Of a DNA stretch of 64,000 bases, positions 51,717 through 64,000 are shown in pieces. The stretch spans positions 176,328,001 to 176,392,000 of the forward strand of contig OX597815.1 of assembly GCA_951406725.2 (NCBI GenBank). Reading direction: 5' to 3'. Position 1 is the first letter of the stretch. Each line of letters begins with the position of its first letter. The stretch comes from Octopus vulgaris. Lineage: Eukaryota. Below the pieces are notes generated by a model. That model was not told the origin of the DNA, did not search any database, and saw nothing but the letters and a program-made list of their open reading frames with translations. A program made the position numbers and the translations under genes.

Positions 51717-52223
51717 CACATAGATAATTGAAATCTGTTTGTGACATCTTTCAACTGCTAAAAAGCCAAATTCACAGCAGTTACAACAGAGAAAGTATTT
51801 CTCTTATGGTAAAAAAGTATAAAAACATCATGGGAATCCTGACAGATGGCGACACTGAACAGATATGCTGTTTTTACACCTTTTTACCGTAAGATAAGAT
51901 TTTCTCTTCAGTAAATGCAATGAATTTGCCTTTTAGCAGTCGAAATGTTACAAACACATTTCAACTAACCTAAACTTTGCTTATGCCTAAACACTGCTTG
52001 GCGCTAATATTTCGGTAATTTTCACGACCGGGCGGTTTACTGGCGCAAATCAGTCAACGTTGTTGACTGCATTTTAGATGAAGCTATAGCTTTATAAGAT
52101 CTGTTCAGAATTGCCTTTCTTAGGTATGTCCTATTGATAATAGCTAAGGAGCTAGAAACATAGATGTCTGGGAATATTGAACGTGGCAACACTGAACAGA
52201 TACGGTGTTTTTCTACAACACCA

Positions 52224-52309
<86 letters not shown>

Positions 52310-52703
52310 AACAAACGTGTTGTAGTAGTCGATTGTATGGCGTTCTTGGAAGTTTAGTATTTACTCATGATAGTTACGTAGTCTCTGAGGTTTTAACGAT
52401 GCAATCAACTTGTAGGATTGTCCTTATATAACTGGCATTTTTCCTTGTTAGTGAAACGCACCAAAGATGACATGACAAAATATCTTAGGTGAAAACTTTC
52501 CTGATTTGTTTTGCTTTCTCTATGCATTTTGTGATAATAGAAGCCAACCTAATGAAACTCGGACTTGATTTTTCTTCACAGTTTCCTTTCCCCATGCGAA
52601 GATATCCACTAAGTTCTAAATACTGCATATTTGTCGTGTAATTTAAATTTAAATGACATTATATAATTACATGACTCCTACATGCATACGTACGTACGTA
52701 CAT

Positions 52704-52770
<67 letters not shown>

Positions 52771-53400
52771 TATTCATATCCTCTCAATATTAACACGCTG
52801 ATTTAACAAAGCGTTGCGGTGCTTTATCAGACAATAAATATTAAAGTATTGTAGATCGAGTTCATGTAGACATAAAATCATATACACACATACACACATA
52901 TATAAATACATACTCATACATACATGCGTACATGCGTACATACATCACTGGAACTGTAAAAATCTGTAAAACTTTCCAGAAGTTTATCATTAAAATATAT
53001 ATGAAGCGTGTCTAGATGTGCAGCTATGTGCATGAGAATACATACATAAAACAAAACATACAAATCTGCACATATACATACATACAAACAAAAATACCCT
53101 GTTGCTGATGTTGAAATTCCAATGAAGGAGCCTTGAATCTAGGTTAGAAACTGGCTCCTTCTTTATTGGCAAGAAGTCTTGAAATAAAACTGAACAATGA
53201 TATACACACACGCACACACACAGACGCAATACATACTTAGATACATGCATAGATACGCCATCTCCACTTATATATGTATATATAGTTACTTATTAGATAT
53301 GACAGATTTAGACTAGGCAGAGAGAAAGAAGGCGTAGAAAGAATGAGACAGACGTGAAGTAGGAAGTAAAGAGGGAAAGTTGAGTGACGAGAAAGAGGGG

Positions 53401-53442
<42 letters not shown>

Positions 53443-53839
53443 AAGAAAGAAAGAGAGAGTAAGAATGAGAGAGAAAAGTGAGAGGAGAAAGAAAGAAAGA
53501 AATAGAATGGACAGATAGGGAAAATTGAAGGATATGGAAACAGTTAAATAAAACGGAGCAAACTTTCTTTCCTCGTTCCCTCCTTGTCCAGAATATTTTC
53601 CCAGAATATTTCCAACCATTCCCTTTCAATAACACTTGTTTGATGAAGTTTATTGTTATACACTTTGTTGAAACACCGTTCCCATGTTGTAGGAATACGA
53701 AAAAGAAATTCTAACACTGTAATAAATGCAGTTCTTTCTTACGTATGCGCTACTACAATCACCTCAATAAACCATTCGCTCTGTCGATCTGCTTGTTTGT
53801 GTCTGTCTGTCTGTCTGTTTGTCTCTCTCTCTCTCTCTG

Positions 53840-53877
<38 letters not shown>

Positions 53878-54138
53878 ATATTTACATTCACACACCACAC
53901 AGATCTACGTATTTATACAGGAAACTACACAATATAACTTAGGTACTTTACGTAAATACCGTTGTTATATATTTTTCATGAATGCTTTGTTTCGTATATG
54001 ATAAATTATACTGTCATGCCGGTCGCTTTCTTGTTGGCAGATTGATTACTATGCAAGTCGAGGCTACTTCAATTATATAAAACCGAATATAGGCATTAGT
54101 TTTATTGCAGCATGTGTGTATGCATGTCTGCATGCCTA

Positions 54139-54217
<79 letters not shown>

Positions 54218-54230
54218 AATATATATATAT

Positions 54231-54303
<73 letters not shown>

Positions 54304-54697
54304 CATATATACATATATATTTGCAATTTCATGGTAACTTAATTTTGAGCTTATAACAGGATAAAAAAAGTTTGCATAATATATCTTATCTGTTTGAATG
54401 AGATCAAAAGAATAAAAGAAAGAAATGTTGCATTCCTGAATATGCATAACAATCGATAGTTTTATAGGAAATCATTGTTCGTGAAATACGTGCTGCAGCT
54501 AACGAATTAACGACTTAACTTATATTTTTACAAGCTAATTGACAGCTGTGTTGACTGCAAGGTGGTAAATTGAGACGAAGATTCGAATGCGATATGTGTT
54601 TTGATTGCAGTGGGTGTTGGGCAGGGGGGTGGGGGGAGAGGGGGAGATAGATGGAAAGAGAGAGAGAGAGAGAAAGGTACATACGTGTGTGTGTATT

Positions 54698-54747
<50 letters not shown>

Positions 54748-54874
54748 TTAGAGGGTAAGAGTGAGAGTGAGAGACAGAGCACATATACATACGCGCGCGC
54801 TCGTGTATGTATACATACATATATATATATGTACATACATACACACACACACACACACACATATACATGTATGC

Positions 54875-54907
<33 letters not shown>

Positions 54908-55322
54908 TGTATGTATGTATGTATGTATGTATGTATGTATGTATGTATGTGTGTATGTATATATATTCAAAGAGAAAGAGAGAGAGAGAGAGAGACAGAG
55001 TGAGTGAGGGAAAAGGTAAGAAAGAAAGATGGAGCATAGAAATCTTCCGAATACAATTCCTTGGCGTGGTCTGCGAATGATATTTAAATCGTGTTGCATC
55101 TTCAAAGAAATGCATCGGAATTGTAAATGTTTCTCAGCCATAAACAAACAGAGAACGGGAATCGCTCTGGAAATCCATTCTTCCAGATATATTTAAAGAC
55201 TGTTCAATATTTTAGTATGTCTTCAGCACGACGGTTACAAACGTGTTTCACTTCCCCCGTTTCAACAAGTTTCCGTTTTACCGAATGAAAAATCTCATGC
55301 AATATACATAAGTTTCTGAACA

Positions 55323-55439
<117 letters not shown>

Positions 55440-55688
55440 GCGCGGACACATACACGCGCCCGCACACACACATACGCTCGCATACACATCCCTTTTATCC
55501 TTTATTCGTTCCAGTCATCGGACTACAGCCATTCTGGGGCACAGCCTTCAAGAATTTTTTGTCAGATGAATGGACCCCAGTTCTCTCTTCTTTTCTACCC
55601 TGGTACCTATTCTATCACTCTGTTTTCCCGAACCGATAAGTTACGGAGATGCAAACACACCAACAACGACTGCCAGGCGGTGCTGCAC

Positions 55689-55814
<126 letters not shown>

Positions 55815-56892
55815 ACGGGCTTCTTTCAGTTTCCGTCTACCAAATCCACTCGCATAACTTTGGTTGACCGGGAATATAGAATAAGAAACTTGACCAAGGT
55901 GCCACGCCCCGAGACTGAACCCGAACCATGTGACTGGGAAGCCACTCCAAAATAATTGAAAGGCAAAACAAGCTTGAATTGTGATTATGAAGGTCGACGA
56001 AGTTACAGACTGTGGACGGCGTGAAATCCCTCCTGGACATTGACCATTTGACAGAGTATTTTAAGCAGATGACTTTTCAACAAGGGACACTCACATGGAA
56101 GAAAACAAAAAGAAACAAAAAATACCCAGGAGTTAACCCACGTTACAATAAACAAATGTGAAAAAGATGTAAACAAGATATTAATGGTTTACGATGTATC
56201 CGGTGACCTGTTTTAAGACCCGGAGAAAATGTATTTCTTAAAATGCGGACGTAAAATAGACACAGAGATAAAAGCATGGATTTAACTAGTTCTAACTTGT
56301 GGTAAGATGACACTAGCACTTTGACAAATAGATACAGCGATGAAATAGCCATTACACACACACACACGCGCACACACACGCACACACACACATGCACGCA
56401 CGCACACACACATACATGTATATGCGCGTCTTCGTGTTTTTATGCCTCTCAGCGCCAGACAATTGGCGTTTGGGAATGCTCTTGTAACTAAGCATTTCGG
56501 CAGTGAACTATAGTGGTTACGCAGAGCAGGAAGGGTGAAAAGCAGTGTTAAGCGAAGTGAGTAGGAGGAAGGCACGCAAATGAACGAGAAAAAATTATGA
56601 AAGAGTTTGCCAAACAAGAAACCTCAGGTACAAAACTCAGAGAAAACCACAAAAAGAAACGTAACCTGGTTTAACACTCCCTAATCCATAAACGTTAAAA
56701 CTGTCATACTTCAGGTCTTCTTCAATAAAGTAAACGGAATCTTCCTCCAAACCATAAACACTATAATATTTTTAACACTATAATATTTTTAATCAATGAA
56801 GTTCTCATTCTCAACAACATCCAACCTAGCAGGTAACATTAACCAGTCAAATATCTCTAAAATTAAGAGTCCTTTTAAAAAAATTAGACCAT

Positions 56893-57082
56893 TTAAAAAT
56901 AGTAAATAGACTGAACCCAACCCTCTAAATTCAACAAAAAGACCGAGCCCAACCATTTAAAATTAACAAATAGATCGAGGCCAACCCGATAAAATTAACA
57001 AATACATCGAGCGCAATCCGTTAAAATTAACAAGTACACCAGTCGCAACCCGTTAAAATTAACAATCAGACCGAGCTCAACC
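56893..57082. repeat. 32-bp minisatellite, about 6 diverged copies
   Basis: Unit approximately TAAAATTAACAAATAGACCGAGCCCAACCCGT. Confidence 0.85.
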
Positions 57083-57344
57083 CTTACGCTAAGTGAAACA
57101 AAAGCTCTTTTACCTGTCCATATAGTGACAGAAGACTGAATGTATATAGAAATGCCCAAGTCTACAATGGACGATCCCATGAACAGCAGAATGAACAGTG
57201 AAGTAAAGCTCTAAATCTCACAACATAGGGATAAAAATATGGATATGACTTGTGGCAAGATGACAGCAGCACTTTGCAAAAAAAGGACAACAATAAAATA
57301 ACCATTACACTACACTACACACACACACACACTCACACACACAT

Positions 57345-57437
<93 letters not shown>

Positions 57438-57759
57438 ACGGCGCCTTCATGTTTTTATGCCTCTCACCGCCTGACAGTTTGTGTTTATTTATGTTCTTGT
57501 TACAAAAGTCACTCGACAAAAAAAGAGTCTGATAGAATAAATACCGATTTAATCGGTTAAACACTTCAGACGGTGCTCCAGCGTGGCCGTAGACCGATCA
57601 CTGAAGCAAGAAAAATTATACATTTCTAGTGTAACTTGCGTGTACAAATAGATGTGCATTATCATCGTCCCGTCTGATCCCACTAAAGCGGTTAAGCAAT
57701 TATACTTGGAAGTATTATTAAATTAGTGTTGATGGCTATTTCTCATACCTTTGGATGTA

Positions 57760-57818
57760 AGTATATATATGCATGCGTGTGTGTGTGTGTGTGTGTATAT
57801 GTGTGTGTGTATGTGTAT

Positions 57819-57850
<32 letters not shown>

Positions 57851-58037
57851 CAATATATGTATATATATAGATATATACACATAAAAATATAAATATACAT
57901 ATGGAGATATATATGTATATACATGTATGTATATATATATGTGTGTATGTTTGTGAGCATGTGTGTGTGGGTGGGTGAGTGTATAAGCATGCTAATATAT
58001 ATATACATATATATATATATATATGTATATAATAATG

Positions 58038-58086
<49 letters not shown>

Positions 58087-58354
58087 TATGTTCTATGCAT
58101 CTTCAGTGTTGTAGATATATTTTCATAAAGGTGCGCGCAAGTCCAGCTTAAATCTGTTGACGTAGAAAAAGATTAGTAACCTTATGAATATTGATCACCC
58201 ACAGAGATCACTGCAAATGCCAAGAAATACATTAAATGTTTATAAGTGTCAATACACACCCACATACGTACATGTGTGTGTATATATATATATATACATT
58301 TATATACATCTGTGTGCATGTTTATGTGTGTGTGTGAATATGTATTTATGTACG

Positions 58355-58430
<76 letters not shown>

Positions 58431-58490
58431 TATACACACATATTATTATATATATTATATATATGTATATATATATATATATATATTATT

Positions 58491-58533
<43 letters not shown>

Positions 58534-58592
58534 CGTATATAAATACATATTCACACACACACATTTATGTACGTATGTGTATATATATATAC

Positions 58593-58648
<56 letters not shown>

Positions 58649-58653
58649 GTGTA

Positions 58654-58751
<98 letters not shown>

Positions 58752-58945
58752 CGCACATGAAATACATATTCACACACGCACATACACATGCACAAATATG
58801 TATATAAATGTATATATATATATATTCATATACATATATATGCATATATGCATATTTACATTCCTACGTATGTATGTATATGTATGTATATATGTATGTA
58901 TGCATGTATGCGTGTAAGTGTGCATATATGTATACATATATGTTT
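57760..58945. repeat. Very long compound (TA)/(TG)/(TATG) microsatellite field
   Basis: Direct reading. Similar fields at 26020-26345, 27450-27955, 32800-33655, 54140-54320 and 62270-62645. Confidence 0.95.
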
Positions 58946-59306
58946 GCAAACAGATAACAACTGGAAAAAAAAAAAAAAACTAGGGAAAATACAGAAAAGC
59001 AACAAAAATCGGACAATGAGCATGAAATGAGGAAAATATCAATAGAATATTGGCAAAAAGCTAGCAAACAGTGGAAAACTGTAAAATGACATCAGAGAGC
59101 AGTCGTCGGTCGAGCTGAAGTAACGAAAAATGAAATCATACTTTATACTGAAGTGTAGTTATTGATCTTCAATCTATATTATAATCTTATTATGATATAT
59201 TTCTGCCTCTTCCTAATTCTTTTTCTCATCCATCTCCTCCCTATTATATCAACTATTTTCGTTTCTCCGTCTGGATGTATTCGATTCAGAACGAAAGCAT
59301 TTTGTT

Positions 59307-59351
<45 letters not shown>

Positions 59352-59640
59352 CACAGAAATACATTGATAAACGACGTATACAAATATATATACACAAACA
59401 ACCATATATGTGCAGTATATACGCATATATCTGGCCGCTTCATCTCTTGTATATACATACACACACACACGCGCATACATACACACATATACATACATAT
59501 ATATATGTAAACTGTATAATAATGTACCATAATAATATATACTCCGATGTGAAGCGACAATTTTTAAATACGAACAAATGACCGAAAAATGATGAGCTAA
59601 CCCCAGTCTGAATCGTACCAACAAATCAATGCCTCTACAT

Positions 59641-59687
<47 letters not shown>

Positions 59688-59754
59688 TATATATATATAT
59701 ATATATACACATGTGTGTGTGTGTGTGTGTCATGCATATGGGTTTGTATATTTA

Positions 59755-59855
<101 letters not shown>

Positions 59856-59882
59856 GTATATATATGTATACATGTTATATAT

Positions 59883-61650
59883 ACTGCGTCCCACATTATT
59901 AAGCTAATCAACTTTATCTCAATAAATAAATGTATATTTGTTCAAAACTAGTCGTTTTCCCACTGAGTATTGGCAACACTTATCTGCGCACATTCTGTTA
60001 AAATAAATCGGATCTGCGCAGAAGAAAACAAACGGCGGCCATTATAGTGTAATAGCAACATTTCTGCAGTCCCAAATTATTCTTTTCTACTCTAGGCATA
60101 AGGCCCGAAATTTTTGGAGAGTGGGGCAGTCGATTAGATCGAACCAGTACGCAATTGATACTTCATTTATCGACCCCGAAAGGATGAAAGGCAAAGTCAA
60201 ATTTGAACTCAGAACGTAAAGACTGACAAAATACCGCTAAGCATTTCGCCCACCGTGCTAACGTTTCTGCCAGTTCGCCGCCTTGCAGTCCCAAATTACT
60301 ACGCATGTGCTCAATCTAAGTGTTATTATGAGTCAGAGATGTGATCTTATCTCGAATGAGAAGTCTACCATCGTGTCAGAACGTGGAAAAGGAAAAACAA
60401 CCATAGAAATATAAAAAATACTGGGAAGAAATCACCGAACATTGAAGAAATTTGCGCAGTCTCCTAGTTCGGTCCGGTCGAAGGGAGATATGGGCAAGTC
60501 GAAGGTTCCCTCGAATTGTATTTTGTCACGTGTGAAAAGGGCAGCTGTGCGGAACTCATGTTTGACAAGTAGATTAGTTTTCAAACGTTGTGGCAGGGAA
60601 GACTTAACGAAAACTACCAGGTGTCACCGCTTGAAGCAGGTAACCAAGAACGTTAAACCTTTTACAAGGCTCCCTCTGAAGGGACTGAAATGGACAGAAG
60701 AATACATGAAGATAGGTTTTTCAACAGGTCTGTTCACCGACGAATCTTGATGAAACAGATGGCTGGAATAAAGTTTAGGTATCAATCAGTGGAAACCATC
60801 CTCGTCGTTTGAAACATCAACAGAGAGAGGTGGTGTTATATTTTGGACTGGCATCGTTGGTGGCATGATGGTCGGGCCATGGAAAGTTCCAGATGGCACT
60901 AAGATGACATCAAAAACATATGCTACTTTCTTAAAGGACAATTTCCAACCGTGGTTCAAAAAGCAAAAACTTTCATTCAAGAGAAAGCTGGTCTTCGTGC
61001 AAAATAATGCCCCGTCTTATACAGCGAAGAATTCTAAGGTATACCCGCAGCAAATAGGCTTCTCTGGAGGTCGTTTGATTGAGTGGCTGCCTTGTTCCCC
61101 GGACTTAAACCCGATCGAGGACCTGTGGAGTGTCCTGAAGAGACTCTTTTATCAAGATAAACGGCAGTTTTCAAGTAAAGTTGCCCCCTGAGATGCTACT
61201 GTAGATGCTGCTCGAAGCATGATACAAGAGGATATCATCACCTTGAAGAATTCAATGGATCAGCGTGTAAGGAAGGTTATTGCTTGTGGAGGACCACACA
61301 TAAAACATTAGGAGCTGTATGACATCATAATCGCATGATTATTTTCATTCCGGCGTATTATTATGTTTACCATTAAGTCCTTTATGAATAACTTTTGTTA
61401 AACCTTTAATGTTGAATTAAATAAATGCTTGCTCTGACACAATTATCATTTTATTACATTTTGCGACGATGAAAATGTTGCCCAATCAGAAAAAATGGCC
61501 GCCATTTGTTGGCGTCTGCGCAGATCCGATTTATTCTAAAAGAATGTGCGCAGATAGCTGTTACCAACAGTCAGTGGGAAAACAACTGGTTTTGAATGAA
61601 TATACATTTATTTATTAAGAGAAGGTTAATTTATCTAATTGACAATTTTT
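59883..61650 (+). mobile_element. Near full-length inactive Tc1 (DD34E-type) transposon with long TIRs
   Basis: Inverted arms ...TCTGCGCACATTCT..AATAAATCGGATCTGCGCAGA...GGCGGCCATT at 59915-60042 and 61493-61620. The transposase pseudogene 60328-61311 contains FTDES, FVQNNAP and SPDLNPIEDLW, with stops and frameshifts. Confidence 0.9.
60080..60283 (-). mobile_element. Family A SINE inserted into the Tc1 left end
   Basis: Flanked by the 15-bp TSD TGCAGTCCCAAATTA (60065 and 60284). Confidence 0.85.
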
Positions 61651-62018
61651 TGACAAAACAAAAAATGCCAAGAAGACAGGTTGGTTCCTCTCAAATTCTT
61701 TGTGAACACTTAAATATATCTCCTGCGTGTATATATATGTATATATACTACCAAACAAACATGATTTTTATTGAACTCCTATTACTTTTGTTGAATATTT
61801 TCTTAAATACTTTCTGGTAAACTGTTTATAACATTTTCTTATTATTATCAAAGAATGTATATATGTATTTTAATACCTTTGTGATAACCAGGACTTAACA
61901 CAACAAAGCTTTATACAAAGCTTTACATTTTACTTTTGACAATCTTTTTCTAAAAATATGTTGCCGATCAAGTGAATAAACATGTTTAAAATTGCATTTT
62001 CAAACCTTTTTCAGACAC

Positions 62019-62110
<92 letters not shown>

Positions 62111-62182
62111 TTAAATATTCATACAGCACCAGGAGAGAAGACAAAAAGACAAAATAATCTAGCAAAAAAAAAGTACTGGCTA

Positions 62183-62240
62183 ATTCCAGATCCCGAATTT
62201 CTGGCTCTGCATAAGAAATGCTTTACCTCATCAGTGGAAT
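62183..62240 (-). ncRNA. Type-I hammerhead ribozyme, core intact
   Basis: Minus strand ATTCCA-CTGATGA-GGT(aaa)GCAT(ttctt)ATGC(aga)GCC-A-GAAA-TTCGGGA-TC^TGGAAT. An inverted partial copy lies at 62655-62750(+). Confidence 0.75.
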
Positions 62241-62267
62241 ATACACAGATGGTACATAAATACATAG

Positions 62268-62336
<69 letters not shown>

Positions 62337-62351
62337 CATATATATATATAC

Positions 62352-62405
<54 letters not shown>

Positions 62406-62462
62406 AACTTAGATAAACTTAGATATGTTTCGACCAAAGATTGGTCCAGGCCATGTCTAATT

Positions 62463-62586
<124 letters not shown>

Positions 62587-62594
62587 CACATACA

Positions 62595-62625
<31 letters not shown>

Positions 62626-63009
62626 CATATATATGTATATACATATATATTATTTACTGATAACAACATACGCAAGTCAGAAATCCGGGATCTGGAATTA
62701 TCCAGTAATTCTTTTTGCTAGATATTTTGTCTTCTCCTGGTGCTGTATGATCATTTAATGATGTATATGTATATGCTGGCAGAAACGTTAGCACGCCGGG
62801 CGAAATGCGTAGCCGTATTTCGTCTGCTGTTACGTCCTGAGTTCAAATTCCGCCGAGGTCGACTTTGCCTTTCATCCTTTCGGGGTCGATTAAATAAGTA
62901 CCAGTTACCCACTGGGGTCGATGTAATCGACTTAATCCGTTTGTCTGTCCTTGTTTGTCCCCTCTGTGTTTACCCCTTGTGGGTAGTAAAGAAATAATAT
63001 ATATATATG

Positions 63010-63062
<53 letters not shown>

Positions 63063-63070
<8 letters not shown>

Positions 63071-63361
63071 GGTGCAGTGAATAAACTGTCGTCGAAAATA
63101 ACATTGACATCTCATTTTAACAGATATACTCCTTTACTCTTTTACTTGTGTTAGTCATTTCACTGCGGCCATGGTGCAGCACCGCCTTTAGTTGAAGAAA
63201 TCGACCGCAGGACTTATTCTTTTTGTAAGCCTAGTACTTATTCTATCGGTCTCTTCTGCCAAACCGCTAAGGTACGGGGACGTAAACACACCAGCATCGA
63301 TTGTCAAGCGATGTTGGGGGACAAATGCAGACACAAACATACACACACACACACACACACG

Positions 63362-63395
<34 letters not shown>

Positions 63396-64000
63396 CACAC
63401 ATATATGTATACACATACATATATACGACGGGTTTCTTTCAGTTTCTGTCTGCCAAATCCAGTCACAAGGCTTTGGTCGGCCCGAGGCTATATTAGAAGA
63501 TACTTGCCCAAGGTGCCAAGCAGTGGGATTGAACCCAGAACCATGTGGTTGGTAAAGAAGCTACTTACCACAAAGCCACTCCTGCGCCTATATTTATGAA
63601 AATAGCATAAGAATATCTTGAAATACTAAGAAGTAAATGTATTCAATAAAATCGCAATTGGATTCAACCACCGCCTTCAGACGACTTCGGAATCTCTTGC
63701 AACTCTTCTGGACGGTCTTCTCGTTTAATTTGGTGAATGCTGCTATAATCCTTGCCTTCAGTTCATCTTTGGTGTTACAAGTAGTTTTGTTGATCTCTCG
63801 CTCAACTGCGCCCCACACATAATACTTAAGGGGGTTGCAGCCTGGGGAGTTAGATGGACAAATGTTAGGGGTGATGTGGTCGCAGAAATTATCTGACAAC
63901 CATGACTAGGTTCTCCTGCTTGTGTTGCATGGTGCAGAGTCCCGTTGCTAGACATAGGGTCTTCTAGCAGCCACCTGTTTTGAGCCAAGGCAGCACTATT
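63063..64000 (-). mobile_element. mariner-related (DD37D/maT-like) transposon 3' part, interrupted by a family B SINE (63130-63590)
   Basis: CPSNSPGCNPLKYYVWGAVE...KDELKARI...RFRSRLKAVVESN is a decayed WPPNSPDLNPLDY motif. TIR-like end at about 63063. Confidence 0.8.

Noticed and set aside
53119-53169. SECIS element (ATGA-stem-AA)
   Set aside because: No GA on the 3' side of the quartet and no selenoprotein gene context.
56893-57082. CRISPR-like regular repeats
   Set aside because: The units are contiguous, the variable parts are related to each other, the context is eukaryotic and there are no cas genes.

Overview
AT-rich, microsatellite- and transposon-saturated animal genomic DNA. The SINE and LINE repertoire looks like a coleoid cephalopod, most likely Octopus (inference). 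The only host gene I can support is the 5' part of holocarboxylase synthetase / biotin-protein ligase (HLCS) on the minus strand. It has coding exons 4003-3434 and 1053-871 and continues off the left edge. There is also a probable dead N-terminal exon at about 6715-6336 and a probable promoter at about 16.5-16.7 kb. The rest is intergenic: three tRNA-derived SINE families; RTE, CR1-type and R4/Dong-type LINE fragments; Tc1/mariner, hAT and Helitron remnants; MITEs; and many direct and inverted repeat modules. The most striking pattern is a dense set of type-I hammerhead-ribozyme motifs, about 5 near-intact and several decayed, from unrelated Penelope-like repeat families. Several have long stem II inserts and an extra A before GAAA. 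Other notable items are a PHD-like finger inside an RTE reverse transcriptase, a same-strand stack of RLE-LINE 3' ends in (TAA)n, and a CpG-decay boundary marking the gene body. Almost all ORFs in the supplied track are microsatellite or repeat artefacts. All alignments and RNA folds were done by eye.
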